A stretch of DNA of 63,243 bases, filler included, from Dugesia japonica (Eukaryota), in the NCBI GenBank assembly GCA_001938525.1. It is 6 parts of 6 records of this genome, joined end to end, with 100 filler letters (N's around TTAATTAATTAA, not from the genome) between each part and the next. Parts side by side here need not be neighbours in the genome. Positions count along the whole stretch, not along the records: positions 11,856 to 24,988 come from MQRL01329336.1; positions 25,089 to 34,366 come from MQRL01597135.1; 4 more parts are not named here. The stretch is one strand, 5' to 3'. Under the pieces are notes generated by a model that saw only the letters and a program-made list of their open reading frames with translations, did not search any database and was not told the origin of the DNA. This document shows positions 11,756 to 26,187 of the stretch, piece by piece (position 1 is the first letter of the stretch; each line of letters opens with the position of its first letter). The translations under genes and the position numbers were made by a program.

Positions 11756-11855
11756 NNNNNNNNNNNNNNNNNNNNNNNNNNNNNNNNNNNNNNNNNNNNT
11801 TAATTAATTAANNNNNNNNNNNNNNNNNNNNNNNNNNNNNNNNNNNNNNNNNNNN
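11756..11855. other. Artificial assembly spacer
   Basis: 44 N + TTAATTAATTAA (stop in all six frames) + 44 N. Confidence 0.95.
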
Positions 11856-12989
11856 ACTAGCTACGCCTCTGATTTAAAGTGGCAGGTATTTTAGCATGTA
11901 TCATTAGTGAATTTGTACCAATGTTATACCACATGACTACGGTCTTAACTTGCACACCTACAAAGATACTCGTCAGAGCAATACAAATACAAGTAAAATG
12001 TATAGTTGAACGTTTAACTCTNNNNNNNNNNNNNNNNNNNNNNNNNNNNNNNNNNNNNNNNNNNNNNNNNNNNNNNNNNNNNNNNNNNNNNNNNNNNNNN
12101 NNNNNNNNNNNNNNNNNNNNNNNTACTATTTTTATTTATAGAAATGTACTTAGGTTCATTAAGAAAATTTCTAAATTTGACTTATTTTATACATTATAAT
12201 TTCTATAAATATGAAAATATGGAGAAACTATGAAAAACTATCAAAATATCCAAATGTGTAAAACTAATATTGTTTTAGAATAAAAAATATAAACAGCATA
12301 TTTTATATTAACGCCCTTACTGTTTTTACAGTCTTATTATCATTCCGAATTTATCAATGATTTCGCTATTGATATTTAATAGTGAATATTTTAGAATTAA
12401 ATTTATAATCGACTTTATCATAAAATTGATTAAGATTTATTAACGAATTTATTATTGAATCTATTATTAAATTTATTATTTTAAAATTTATTAATCAATT
12501 TAGATTGAATTCATAATGGAATTTAATCGAGAAATTTATTATCAACATTATTATTTACTGCCGAAAAATAGTTAAATTTTGTAAATAGTTATCACGAATC
12601 TAGTATGTTTCAAATGTTTCAAAATAGAAAATCATAAAAATATTATCTGTGATTTCACTATTAAATGAATTATTAAAATTTTGCGTAATATTTCTTTTGT
12701 ATCGGCATAGATGTAAAAGAAAGAGAATAGCCTATTTATAATGTAAATAAATCGTGCATCATTGGTATTCAGCAACAATTTTATAACTTAATTAAAATGC
12801 TATAAAATTTCAGCCTAATAAAACTTGTTAGAATTAATAAAATCTTAAAATAGATTTCATTTATATTGAAATTCGATACTATTTTAGTAAACAATTTATA
12901 AATTAGTTAAAGTTATTACTAATTTCAATATTATTGTGCAAATTTTGGAGACTCGTTGATGATTTAATCGTGTGGTAAACAATACGATA

Positions 12990-14906
12990 CCAAAACAAAG
13001 TCATATTATTTTTTATTTGAAGTATTATCAAATTTTTATCAGCCAGCAGAAATCCGCCATCATGTGCTCATCAGCACGGCCTTGGTATAGCATCTCGATT
13101 TAATTGTTCACTATGTTTGACAATAATTTTACCCAAATCCTTAGGGGAAAAGCTGAGGTGGCATTTCAAGAAGTGTATTTTTAGCGACATATTTACACCC
13201 ATTTCTTTGAACGCATCCATAAATTCAGAAATAGTATTCTGGTATTTAAGGGAACGATTTTTACCTGTAAAAAGTAAATATGTCTTTATTTAGATATGGT
13301 AACAAGAATACAAACCTGAAAATTTGTTGACAGTGTCTTACATTGCTTCCCAAGCTCAGTATTCAATTTGACTTAGGCCCTCTTTGAAATGCTTATTTCT
13401 CATTAATTTCCGAATTTGTGGTCCAATTAAAATCCCTTCTTTAATTTTTGCTGATAATAACTTCGGGAAATATTTTTTTATTGTTAGCATTGCTTGGCTT
13501 TCAGGATTTAAAGCTTTGATGAAGTTCTTGAAAAGGCCTGACTAAATATGGAGGACAGGCAATAAGATATTTTGTACGTCAACAAGTGATTTAAACTTGA
13601 TATTTTTCTGCCTAGGTGTGCAGTTCACACGTCTTGGCCATTCATTAATTATATAGTACTGATCACGTGCCCTACTATCCCATAAGCATAGGAAACAGCA
13701 GTTTTTGGTGTAACCACCTTGTAATCCTGCTAAGATGCCAATTAACTTTAGATCTCCGCCAATATCCCATCAAAAGTTATCGTAATGCAATATATCCATA
13801 AGATATCTTAGGATGTCATATTTTTCCTCTGTCTCTTTGGAATACGCGATTCGAATGGCATGAAATTTAATTTCCTTATGTAGGAGAACAGTTTTTACCC
13901 TAGTTGTGCTGCCATCAATAAATAGCCACCAATCCGTGATGACATTGGATATTATGTCAAGCTTATTCAGCAAACCGGCAATATCGCGACAGTACACAAA
14001 TCCATGCAGCTCACTTTTTTGAAAAAAGTCAACATACCGCTTATCTCTTCTTTTATACGAGTAAAATCTGGTTTCAGGGGCAAGAAAACCAAATCTTTTT
14101 AGCATTGATCCAGCTTTAATAGAAACTTTCTTTGATAACCCTGTCTACGAACGAAGGCATCTAATTGATATTGCCAGATTTGATTGCAATTATTATTTTC
14201 CTATTCATTATTGTTATCATCATGTGTTAAAGAATCACTAGTCATGTAAGATATATCACTGTTTGGATAAGGAACAATTGTGTCATCATCCTTATTATAT
14301 GGTGTCGGTCTTATTGCTAATAGCAAATCTGAATATTTAATATGCTTCGCTGATCTTTTGTTAAAATCCAACACCCTAGTTTGGCAAAAGTAGCAATTGT
14401 CATAATTAATTTTTTGTTCCCTCAAAGCCATCGGTGTACTAAATGGTAAGTGACTTATCTTACCTGCTAAAAACATGAACAAGTATGAAAAAATTTTCTG
14501 CATACAATATGAGGAGCAAAAAGCTTATCCCAGTCGCCAAATTTCATTTTTACATATGTTCTAAATCTATTCTTTATGAGTGGTGTAATGCTCATCTTGT
14601 AATCTTTGAAAACATATTCTCCACTGATGTAACACAAATGGTTTGGGTCATTGATGCATCACCGGTATGCCATTTCATTTAAAATACCTCAAATTTGAGA
14701 TTATTTAAACAATTTTTAAATGATATGATTTTTAATTAATATTTATTAATTTAAATTATCATAAATACCAAAAAATCTTAAACCATGATTATCTCAAAAA
14801 TCAGACGTGATGGACTATTAAAAGTTTACATTTTTGTGATCAGCATGTTGAGATGCATAAGAAAATGTTTATGTGAGCTAAGAAAAAATTTAGACCCCGG
14901 GCAGTG
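12990..14906 (-). mobile_element. Chapaev3-type (CMC) DNA transposon relic; transposase pseudogene about 13000-14673 with a 51-bp intron
   Basis: Minus strand: MAYR*CINDPNHLCYISG..WDKLFAPHIVC, PMALRE..NCYFC, WWLFIDGS..VLLH, LQGGYTKNCCFLCLWDSRA, KIKEGILIGPQIRKL, MSLKIHFL. Terminus CACTG at 14906. GT-AG intron 13265-13315. Left boundary approximate. Confidence 0.75.
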
Positions 14907-16710
14907 AAATCAATACTGGTGGGGGAAGAATTAGTTGGTTCGCACTCGTAATTTAATCGTATCTCGTCCATAGTTGGGACAATGTGGATAACAAAGATGA
15001 TAGAAATGATTTTAATCGACTCAATAATTCCAATAATCATGGAGTAACTGGTGGTTGCAGTAACGGCAATAATCTTAGTCTCACAGTATTATCCAGGAAT
15101 ACGATAAAAATCATGGGTTATTAATGATAGATGGAATAGTGTTAATTCCATGATAAATTATTCTGGCCATGCCATGGATAATGAAATCTAATAATATACA
15201 ACTATCATAACTGCAATGATAGATGGTTGGATTATTATTATTGCCCCATTAGTGGTATCAGTTCTAATAGTAGTGGTGTTATTCCTGTTGGAAAAAGTTA
15301 ATTATTACAACTCATATTGCCAAGGACTAATGAAAATTCAATCTAGAATACATCATGATACTGACTAGTTCTTTATCCGCTTCGTTAGTAGTTGTATGTG
15401 TGAAGTCGGTTGATGAAGTCATAGACAGTAATATTATCTTTGACATAAACTTTGCTCTATCACATTTTTTCAATGACAGTGATCCACGTTGATAATCTCC
15501 AAACACCCTATACAAGATGCTATTAATTAACGACAGAGAGACAGAGATTAATCGACAATAGTAGTGGTGAGAAGGAATCATTATGTGTACAGGAGTGTTT
15601 GAAGTTGTGGCATGACTGTACGAATAGCGTAACGAGGAATATTAGTCAAATTCTGCAATGTTAGCTTAGATCATTCTTTAATTTTGACAACGGTAATAAA
15701 AGTACTTTTTTCAAAATTCAATACGTAATTTTGTGGCTATGAAAAAAATGCGTTAAAATTGTGTAAAATCAAATGACAACGAAGGTAAGATTTCAAATAA
15801 TAATAAACATATATAAATCAATTAAATACATAAAATATAAGTAACAATAATTACTTTTTCTTAGTTAGCTCTGCAATGGGTTTAAATAGGAATTCTTTTG
15901 TAAATTACCACAGAAAACTTGATAATCAAAATAGTGCACAATTTAGATTACAAATTCACTTCAAAATTAGACATTTTCTGCTAAAATTAGGGTGGTTTCT
16001 ATTGGTTTGACCCGGTTTATATTGGTCGACTTTTTTAGAATTTTTTTATAGACTTTCCATCTGTTTCTTATCTGCTTTTTAGACTTTTCTTCTTTTTTCT
16101 TTGTTTTCTATTGGTGACTATTTTTGGAGGCCACATGACCATTGAGCCTTTGTTTTATGCTTTTCTCTTGACGCCTTATTGACTTATCTTTTATGGATCT
16201 TTTTAAAGTTCTTCTGAAGATGGCACCGTTTTCTGTTTAACGATATCGACTTTCTCTTGTTGTAAGCTTTCTTATTTTTCTTATCCCGTTGTTTTTTGAC
16301 TATTCTATGAGAGGTTCACCTTTTTCAAATTTTCAACTCAATAAAGTTTCTTTTTCGTATTAATTAATTAATTTTTTCTTTATTATTTCAAGTTTAATTT
16401 TCCCTGTTATTTAATTAATTCAATTAAGATTTATAATATTCTTCTTGATTTTGAGTGAATAATTGTTGTCCTTCTTATTATCTTTAATTATTTTCTATAT
16501 TTCTTTTAATTTCTTCTCTCATATTCTTAATAAATTATTTGCACTCATTTTCCTTCTCATTTTGAATTAAATTTATTATTAATTTCTTAATTGCTTAGTT
16601 ACTAAGGCCCTAATTTGATTGTTTCTTCCTTATTATCTTTTGATGGTTTCTTTTTCTTGACTCAGGTCCCTATTTCTTTAATTTTCGTTAATCGGTGTTT
16701 CACCCAAACA
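14907..16710 (-). repeat. Partial copy of long LTR family 1 (TGTT(T/G)GGGTGAAACAC start)
   Basis: The minus strand starts TGTTTGGGTGAAACAC at 16710 and shares AAAAATAGTCACCAAT, TTTTAG(G)CA-AAAA and TTGCAGA blocks with the copies at 19095 and 23676. Left limit uncertain. Confidence 0.6.
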
Positions 16711-19700
16711 CAATTAAAGCATAACATAAAACAAATATTTAGTACCATAAATTGTAAGGCAGACCAAGTGTTACGACATTAATTCAGGGAAATAAAATTG
16801 AATGACTTTTAGTCACAGGGACTCGAGTTAACTTTGAGTTTGAGTTGTTTTAAAAAATTACGAGAATTACATTTAGAAATTAACGATAACGGATTGCAGT
16901 GTGAGAATTGAAACACTTGAAATTGTTGGGAAAGTTAGAACTGGAGTGATACTTGATGAAGTTTGCAAAGATGTCGCTTTTATAAGGGTAAATAAAAAAA
17001 TATTTTGACTCAAAATTTTTCAGTATATAATTAGCTTTCAAAAAAATTGTTTTATTAAATTTCTTAAAATTTATTTCTTAAAATTTAGAAAAATAAAAAC
17101 TTTAAATAAATATTTAAAAAAATATTTTTAGGATTAAAATATCTTAATTTAAATAAAAATCAACATTTAAATAAATCTAAAATGTATTTATATATATAAT
17201 TATTTAGAAATCTAAATGTTGATAACCAGATGAAATTTCTTCCTTGAATGTATGTGTGTGTTGTTAAGAAATGCAAAAGATAATTGCATACATTATGTTA
17301 TATTTTTCTCTAACTAAGTTTATTTGTATTAGATTGCTGAAAAATCAGTATAAATACTAATTTAATTTTAGTTTGAGAACAGAAATATTTAATTGGAAGA
17401 AAATGAATTAAAATTTTGCTATATTTTGCCGAAGAAAAGTTATTGTGTAATCTTGTGATTAGATTAATAAATTTTGATCAAATTTATTGTTGAAGAATAG
17501 TTTTTGTCCTATCAAAACTTCATTGGGAAAAATATTTGAAATCTATCCGGAAGACTGACCTTTAACTGATACGGATGCAAATCAGTTACTATTATATACA
17601 TATTGTATATTTGAGCTTATTGTAGGAAAATATCCCAACACTTTCTTAGTTGCAGAAAGAGTGACACCAGATTTGATTGGAGGTATAGATATGCACAGGA
17701 CTTTTGGATATTAGTTTGTATGAAAGATCGATAGTGGATGAAAAATCAAAAATTAGATTTCTAATAAAGATGCAAAATTTTTGAGAAAAATCAAAATTGG
17801 ATAGCTTTCGACAAGAGCTTTAAGTATTCTGAAGATTAAAGGCAATCAAATGTGTATTAGATTCAACATAATTGGAAATAAAGAAGATATTATCATAACA
17901 GATAAATGAGATTTAGGACGTACATATCTGACAAAACACAAAATAACCACAAATGGTGAACCAATCATTGTAAAACTGTACACGCAACCAATGAACCTAG
18001 AAGCTAAAATTGAAGAACCTATCCAAACCTCTATGAGTATTATATTATCCGAAAATGCAAATTTCCATGGAATACTTAATTGATTTTTGTTTATAGAAAT
18101 GAAAAGAACATAAGAATATGTTTGAAATTCAAGAAATCGAATGCAGAAAGGAAAGGATAAACCTTTCATATACCTAACGTTTATGAAATGCTGGACAAGT
18201 TAGATGGAGCAAAATATTTCAGTTCATTACCAGGTAGAACTCAAAGAAAGCACGGACAATATTGTTTTAAAAGAATGCCATTTGGCATCGAAACGGCACC
18301 AGGTACATTTCATGAGTTTATGACAAAAGTGATAGGCGGAATCAATGGAGCAATAATTTATCTTGATGACATTCTGATATTTACGAAAAAGATCAACACT
18401 ATGAAATAATTGACAGAGTATTGACGGAAATAATGAAGGCTGGTTTAAAATTTATTAAAGAGAAGTGTCAGTTTCATTTAAAGGAAATTAAATTTCTTAG
18501 GCAATTAATTACCAGGAATGGTGTTAGAACTGATCCGTCTCAAATAGAAGCAATAAGAATATTTGGTAAACCTACTGTGTGAAGAAGTTACGAAGTTTCT
18601 TAGAAATTTGTAATTATTGCAGTACGTTTTTAGAAAAATACACAAGAAAATTAGAGGTTTGCTGCGAACAAAGTAACAAGAGGTAAGAATGGACAGATGA
18701 AATGAACAATACTTTCGGAGGTCTGAAAAAGCTTTAATGACTGCGTCAATATTATGTTTTTCAAACATAATTAAAGAATTTACACGTTACGGACGCCAAT
18801 TTTCATACAATTAGTGCAGTATTGTCACAGAGATAACGAATGAAACACGATTTATTGTCTATAGGTTACGATCAATGATGGGTCATGAAAATGAATATTG
18901 CATCACACGAAAAGAATTATTGTATTATTTATGCAAATCTTTCAACCATTACTTGTATGGTAGAAGATTTACACTTATGACGTGTCATAAAGCTCTATCT
19001 TTCGTGATGACGACAAAGAAATCAATTACGTCACTATTCCAGACTATCTAAGATTATCTAAGTAGTCTAGACATGGTATTAGAATATAGAAAAGTGTTGG
19101 GGTGAAACACCCAGTCTGTAAAGAAAAATCAAAGACAAAGGCACAAGAAGGAGAAATGATGAAGGAAGGGGGGCCAAAGTGAAAGTCAATCAAGAACAAC
19201 GCAGTTACGATGGAAAAGTTATAATAATTGCATCAAAGCTACAAGAAAAGTAATTAAGAATAATCAGTATGGCTAAATTAATAAAAGATAAAACAATATA
19301 AAGGAGATGGAGACAAAGATTTGGGTCAACAAATCTGACCCACATCAATTACAATAATCAAAAGAAATTATGAAACTAACAATAAAAGGCAAGAAAAAAA
19401 ATACTGAAAAATAATTAATTATCAGAAAACAATAATTAATTTTGAATAAAAAATAAGTTAAAATTAGTCAAAAATCCGTTTTTTACGAATATCTTGGCTC
19501 AGGAAACTCTTAGAAGCTCGGTGTAAGAAAATCTGAGAAGAAAATTTATTAGAGCATTGAGATTGTGCCATTAGAAAATCATAACACTATCAGGAAAACC
19601 GTTACCGAGATTTGAAGATGGGGCCAATAAGGGTCACGAAAATAAAAGTAAAACAATGAACTGAATTTCACATGGTGACGTAAAAATAGTCACCAATGTA

Positions 19701-22700
19701 AATTCAAAAAATTGCAGAAAAAAATCTGAAAATTGGTACCATCACCAATCAGAGATAGGAAATTTGAATTAAAAATAGCTGGCCAATGTCGAGTAAATCG
19801 GGGTGTCATCAGAAATGCTATTTAAACCCCCTAGTTTTAGGCAAAAAATTAACTATTATTCTAATCATTGTGAATTAAGCATCTGCGTGTATAATTCAAG
19901 AATTTAATTATCAAACTTTACTCATTGCCAAGGTTATCGGAATTATAGTCGTCATCTAACTAGTTGGAAAGGAACAATACCTACAAAAGTAGTGGTCTCA
20001 CGATTTAAATTAAATTAATTATCTATTACAAAGGAGCTGCGTCGAATTACTCGCAATTTGTCATTCAAATCAGTAAGAGAGAAAACCCAAAAGAAAATCT
20101 GTCAGTGGACTTCCTCGTTGCAGAATTTGACAATAATAGTATGTATACTTTTGTGAATTGAGAAATAATCTTAATACTAATTATTAGATATGTCTTTGTC
20201 GTTAAATGTAATTTAGAAAATAGACATAATATAAATTAATGACTATGTATTTATCGATAAATGTGAATGTAGATAATAATCTTCATATAAATTGGTGGTT
20301 ATGTGTTGCTAATAAATATGAAATTTATAAAAAAAATGATTTTTAATATTACGATAAAAAGAGATAATAATCTGCAATGCCGCCCGTCAACGATGTTTAA
20401 AATTTTGATCAATTTCCAACTAGGACACATTCATTGTTTACTCGTATTCTCAACCCAGAAAGTCAGCGACATTTTGGCATGTAAACAGCAACTTCCCTTT
20501 GTAAATCTCACAAATGCTAGTAACTGACAAATTTTCGTAAAAATTCCGTCTACAAATTATCGACATAAATGTCCTAGGTAAGAGAGGATTAATAATCGAC
20601 TCAAGGAATTTATAAATGATTTAATCTCGAACCAAGAAAGCTCAATGCAACGAACATAGCATACTTACCAGTAATCCATTTTCCGCCACCTCAATTATCG
20701 ACAAATTCTTTTTGTGACTTGATAATTTTCAATTTCACATGTTTTAATCAGTATCTAAAGTGGTCGATTCCTCACATCTAATCAACTGCACACAGGAACG
20801 TGGTGTGCGTGTATATGCTTCATAGTGTCCCTGCATACATATTAGATAACCAACCGATATAAGCCCTAACAAATATTACGTTAATAAGTATGATTTTCAA
20901 AATGGGACTTAGTTGCTCTTGTGCGATGAGATTCCTCGATCATTAAGAACACACTACTTTAAATTGTTACATACAGTAATTCTGTTATCATGACCAATGT
21001 CACCATTTGTTTTTGTTACGGGGATTCTGGCACGAATTATTCCAACACTGTGCTGTTATTATTATTGTGATAGTTAATTGGAAGAATTTTATTATTGTTC
21101 TATTGATGCTAGCATATCCCTATTCTGAATAACCGTGCGAGATATATTTTTTTTAGTTAGATGGCTCTGCTGGCATTATCGTTAAGAATTGAATTGATAA
21201 TATTGTTCTATGTCAACGATGATAGGGAACACGATAATCTAATAAACTCCACTGCTATTATCAGAATTATTGTTAATTAGGTAGCCGAGTATTATTTGGT
21301 TGTTACGAGTATGATTAACTGCCCGAAGAATATTGAAACCAAATATTTATTATCAACCCCCGTTCACATTTAATTAGCAATAGAATCGATTATTATAGTT
21401 AATAATTTCTATTCAGATTATTGTCAAACATCTTAACTGACTCATTAACCGTTATTCGGCAGGAACGTAAGCGGATACGTCGAAAACAGTCAATCGCACA
21501 TCTTCTCTTTCCAAATTGTGTCCCTACACCTAACAAGCTGGATCTTTAATGCTTCGCTGAATTATTTCAATTGCGTTGTATCGTCGATATTGACAGTGAA
21601 GACTGTCTAAATTATTTGGTTTTATTTGTGACATAAGTTAAATATAAATTAAACGTCTTGATTTAAAGTTTTGAATTCTTTTACAGCACACATTTAATAA
21701 CTTAATTAGTAAATGGCTAAAATTGATTATAATTCCAATTTATTACAGAACCAAATAAATCTAATGGAATTTTTATGGGAAAGAATCAACGACCGACGTA
21801 CGCGTCGTATAATTTTTCGACGACATATAAACCCGTTAAATCGAGACGCGGGCATTCTTTCGAACCAGTCTAATCTACCTCCAGTAGAGGCTATGGTAGC
21901 ACGGATCCAGAATTTGGAGAACATCAGAATTACCAGAATTGGAATGGGCTGGTGCATAATCACGTAACTCCATTCCGCTATCAGCTTTCAGTCCCGCCCC
22001 CAGCAGTACAGTCTTTTATTATGAACTTGCATTGGGGTGTTAGAGAACCCAGGGGTGCAGAAAATTCAGAAAATATAGAACCAATAACCAACATGGAAAC
22101 TGACCAGTAATATTCGATGTCACTTATGGTTTCGACATAGTCCGAATAAAGAGTTTTTACAGGTTTAATAATAAATCCGTTTAGTTCAATTTTATTTCTC
22201 AGTTAAATTAATTTTCGTTAAAAGAAAAAGTATATTTGATGATTAGTGAGTTTGAATGAATATCACAGTATGTGTGCAGGTGTTTTATGCACTTCGCCAC
22301 TTCTTTTATTTGGTTTTCGTAGATTTCGGTTAATGTTCTATATTCTAGTGCATTTATCCTTAAATCGCGCAGCTGTCCCGACTAAGAAAATCCGCGAGTT
22401 CAGTGAGAATTTAGAAATGACCTGAGACGTTTACAAGCTCGCTAAACGTCGCTGGGAAGCCGATACTGCGAACGCCAATAGCAAGGTGAAGAGCGTAAAA
22501 ACATAGGTGCCTGGCGTTCAAAGCTGAGGCCAAAAGCATCCGACACCCAAGAGAAAGTGTGGAAAGCTCAAATAGAGATTTTCACAGAGATTATCCGGTC
22601 CTACCAAGACCATGAGAATAAATTGGTTCAGGACATCATGAAATTGAAAACTGCGATGCCTCTCGAGCCTTTAATGATTGATAAGGGTATTCAGACCTCA

Positions 22701-23510
22701 CGGCCTTAATATTTTTCGATTTTATCAATAAATGATTTTATCATCGTTAAGAAACAGGGAGATCTAGCCGAACAAACAAGACAGCTTCTGCAGAATAAAA
22801 TCGATTTTTTGAAGAGGTATATTGCAGTTTTCTCTTGTCAGCTTGGTAATGCGTCCTGGGTACAATGGAATGATCAGAATGACAATGCGTCGTTTAATTT
22901 TTTAGATGAAGATCCCACTCAGTGGTTAGACCCGGGTGCTATGGATCTCATGTAATATGTTATAAAGTATAAATTAGTATTAATGATTTGTTAATTGTTT
23001 TTGGATATATCATGATGGGGAAAATAAAGAACCCGAATTAAAGGTGTACGAGTGTGAACCTCGCATAAAGTTGAAGGTCAACCACTCTACACTGAATATC
23101 TAACACAGGGACATTATGTTTAATTCTTGAGGGAGATCCCCTGAGAGTCGTTTTTCCCCAGCTAATGTTCTTTTTAACATCAATTCAGGTGGAACCCCAA
23201 TAAAAGAAATTCAACCAAGTAATTCAAATATGTTTTCTAAACCAAGATGTGGGTTATGTGTACAATGTCAAATGTCATATGAAGATGGTAAAAAAGAAAA
23301 GATTAAAAGAAAAGTACTGAACACAATAGAAAAAGAGGAGCAATTAAACATTTTTGAAGATAAATATTTAGAAAATTAGTATAGAAAAGTGGTACAAGCC
23401 AGAAGTTTCAGAGAGAACTAAGGAAAACGTTTCAGAAGTTACTACTAATAGAGAATTCAAAATAAGAGATTACGTTTTCATCAAAATAGAAACAAGAAAT
23501 AAAAACCAGG
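16711..23510 (+). mobile_element. Decayed Ty3/Gypsy pol (protease, RT, RNase H, integrase tail) split by insertions
   Basis: GRPSV..; PDLIGG at about 17660; FKRMPFG..APGTF and IYLDDILIF at 18188-18409; RNase H to LEYRK at 19094. Resumes at 23203 with EIQPSNSNMFSKPRCGLCVQCQMSYED. Confidence 0.85.
19095..23202 (+). mobile_element. 4.1-kb solo-LTR-like insertion (long LTR family 1) with 4-bp TSD AAAG
   Basis: Termini TGTTGGGGT...ACCCCAATA, with AAAG at 19091-19094 and 23203-23206. Removing the insertion restores the Gypsy reading frame. Confidence 0.85.
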
Positions 23511-23675
23511 GCTTTGGAGCAGTCAACGTTTGATGGTGCGCTGTTCCATCTTTACAAACCGGCTCCGCTCCACGCTCCAAGGACAATTTAGAAAAATTAC
23601 ACATCCACAAAAGTTGAAAAAATAATTTTTTTACTGTAAATTAACTAAATAAACTTTATTTTAAGTTGTTACATG

Positions 23676-24988
23676 TGTTGAGGTGAAACACACAACTAAA
23701 GAAGAGTCAAAGCAACCATAAACTATTAAATATTATAAAGAAGGAAAAGAATCATAACTGCAGATGGAAAATACATCAGGGACGGGTAAAACAAGAAGAA
23801 GAACAAGTACCGAAATCNGACCGGGTCAGGAATTAATGAGTTATTGAATAAAATAAGAAAAGCCGATGGGAATGAACCCAGATAATCAAAACCAACATCC
23901 TTTTATTATATCAATTAGGAGAAATTATAAATTATTATTTCAAGAAGAAAGAAAATTATTAACAGAAATACTTAATTACAGAAAAATTTTAATTAATTAA
24001 AAGTTAAAATGAATTTAAAATAGGCCGGAATTCATTTTATGAGAATAACTTTGCTCCAGAAAATCACCGGAGCTCGACACAAGAAAATTTCCGAAGAAAG
24101 TAGGGTTAGTCATCGTTAATTTCCAGTTAAAAAACCTTGTCATTATCTAGAAGGCTGCTATAAGGTCCAAGAGATTAGACCAATTTGATGTCTAAAAATA
24201 AAAATAGAATAAAGAAATAATAATCACATGAAGCGTTAAAAATAGCTGCCAATGAGAGCCATGAAACTCTGCAAAAAAAATTCAAAAAGTGGTAGCATAA
24301 CCAATGGAAATTCCGGATTTTAAACTAAAAATAAACCACCAATAAGGGTGTTGTCGTGATGTCTCAAGAAAAGTATAAAAGGCTACGAAGTTTTAGCAAA
24401 AAATCATTAATTTTTAACTTCAATTATAAGTATTATCTGTGGCGATTATCCAAAAGAAATTTTGATTGCAACNGGAGAAATTTTTCTAACACAATATTAA
24501 TTACCGAAACAATTGTAACTAATTATCTCGCCACCAGTTGTAGACTGTCAAACCATCAAGTAAACTTGCTAATTTAGACTGCGGATTAATCAGTCATTTT
24601 CCTGAAAGTAGAAACTATTTATCAACCAGGAATCAGCAATTTTATTCTACGACTACTCGAATTCGAAAAAAACCCAAACCCGTTGCAGAAATCTGTGTAA
24701 AATTCATTATTAGTAAGTAGTATGTTTGTATTTATAATTGCTTCAGTATGATAGTAAAGTAATAAATTACTCTGCCCTTATTTATATTTTTTTAGCAAAT
24801 TGGTGTTAACACAATATTTATATTTTTAATAAATCACAAATAATTATTATCTCTGCGCGATTTGGCTGTAAATTTATAAATTATTCATAGCATCACTATT
24901 ACTTCACCAAGAATGGTGGCATGTAGACTTGATAAAACGCCAATTTCCCTTAACGAGAAACAACAGATGAAGATAGTGTTGATCATTA
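23676..24988 (+). repeat. 5' part of another long LTR family 1 copy, cut by the gap
   Basis: Starts TGTTGAGGTGAAACAC. The CCAAT blocks, TATAAAAG (about 24374) and GTTGCAGAA are colinear with the 19095 copy. Confidence 0.7.
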
Positions 24989-25088
24989 NNNNNNNNNNNN
25001 NNNNNNNNNNNNNNNNNNNNNNNNNNNNNNNNTTAATTAATTAANNNNNNNNNNNNNNNNNNNNNNNNNNNNNNNNNNNNNNNNNNNN
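24989..25088. other. Artificial assembly spacer
   Basis: 44 N + TTAATTAATTAA + 44 N. Confidence 0.95.
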
Positions 25089-26187
25089 AAATAAATAAAA
25101 ATTTTACTCGAAATTTACATTGTAATTAAAATTATTTCAATGTAAAAATTTTCTTATGTTTAAATTTAGAAATTGAATTGAAAGTAAATAGATTTTCCCA
25201 AAACCGATTGAAAATTCATTCTTTATATAAACAATTAAAAATCAATAANNNNNNNNNNNNNNNNNNNNNNNNNNNNNNNNNNNNNNNNNNNNNNNNNNNN
25301 NNNNNNNNNNNNNNNNNNNNNNNNNNNNNNNNNNNNNNNNNNNNNNNNNNNNNNNNNNNNNNNNNAATAATACAAATTATAAATATTTGTACAAAACTTC
25401 GCAATTTGATCAATAAATAAATAAAGTCGGTAACAACAGATAATATAATGTCAAAAAATCAGATCGGATTAAGGTCAATCATTGATCTCGTTGTGATTTG
25501 GTTGTCGATCATTGATTTGGTAGGGGTTGTTCTTTGGATTCGAGTGTGTTTGTGTAGATCTTGTTATGTATCTTGTGGATATATGAATGCATGTGTATTT
25601 AAGGTGTATTTAGGGTTGGTTATTCCCAACATTTAAAAGCTACTAGTAACCTAATGAAATCTCAGACGCGATCAATAGTTAAGTCCAAAAATTATTCTCA
25701 CAATAATTGAAATTATTAACTGTATATTTTAAATATAGTTCAAATATAATTTGTTTAAGGTATTTAAAATAAAGATTATTTAACAAACACACTCTTGGTA
25801 AATTACGAATTGAAAAATTTTCTTTTTTTCATTAAAAAACAATGCTAAAATATGAAAAACGAGTAAATGATTTGTTAAAACTAAAAGTCAAAACTATTTA
25901 CATATTATTTCAAACCATATTTCAATTAATTCTCGTCATAGTAACATGGAAATTTTCTTTTCTTCTTCAGTATTATTTGAATTGTTTGTATAAATACATA
26001 ATTGATTTACTTTACACACATCATATTTACCCAGTAAGATTAATCGAATTGTCTGTTAACTAGAAAATATTTTCATTTTCTAGATATTGTTCATGCAAAA
26101 TGAGTCTGGAAGGCACCTGTGCATATAATTAAAAGCGTAAATCGATATTTCTTTTATCAAATCGATTTTGTTAATATTAATAAAACA

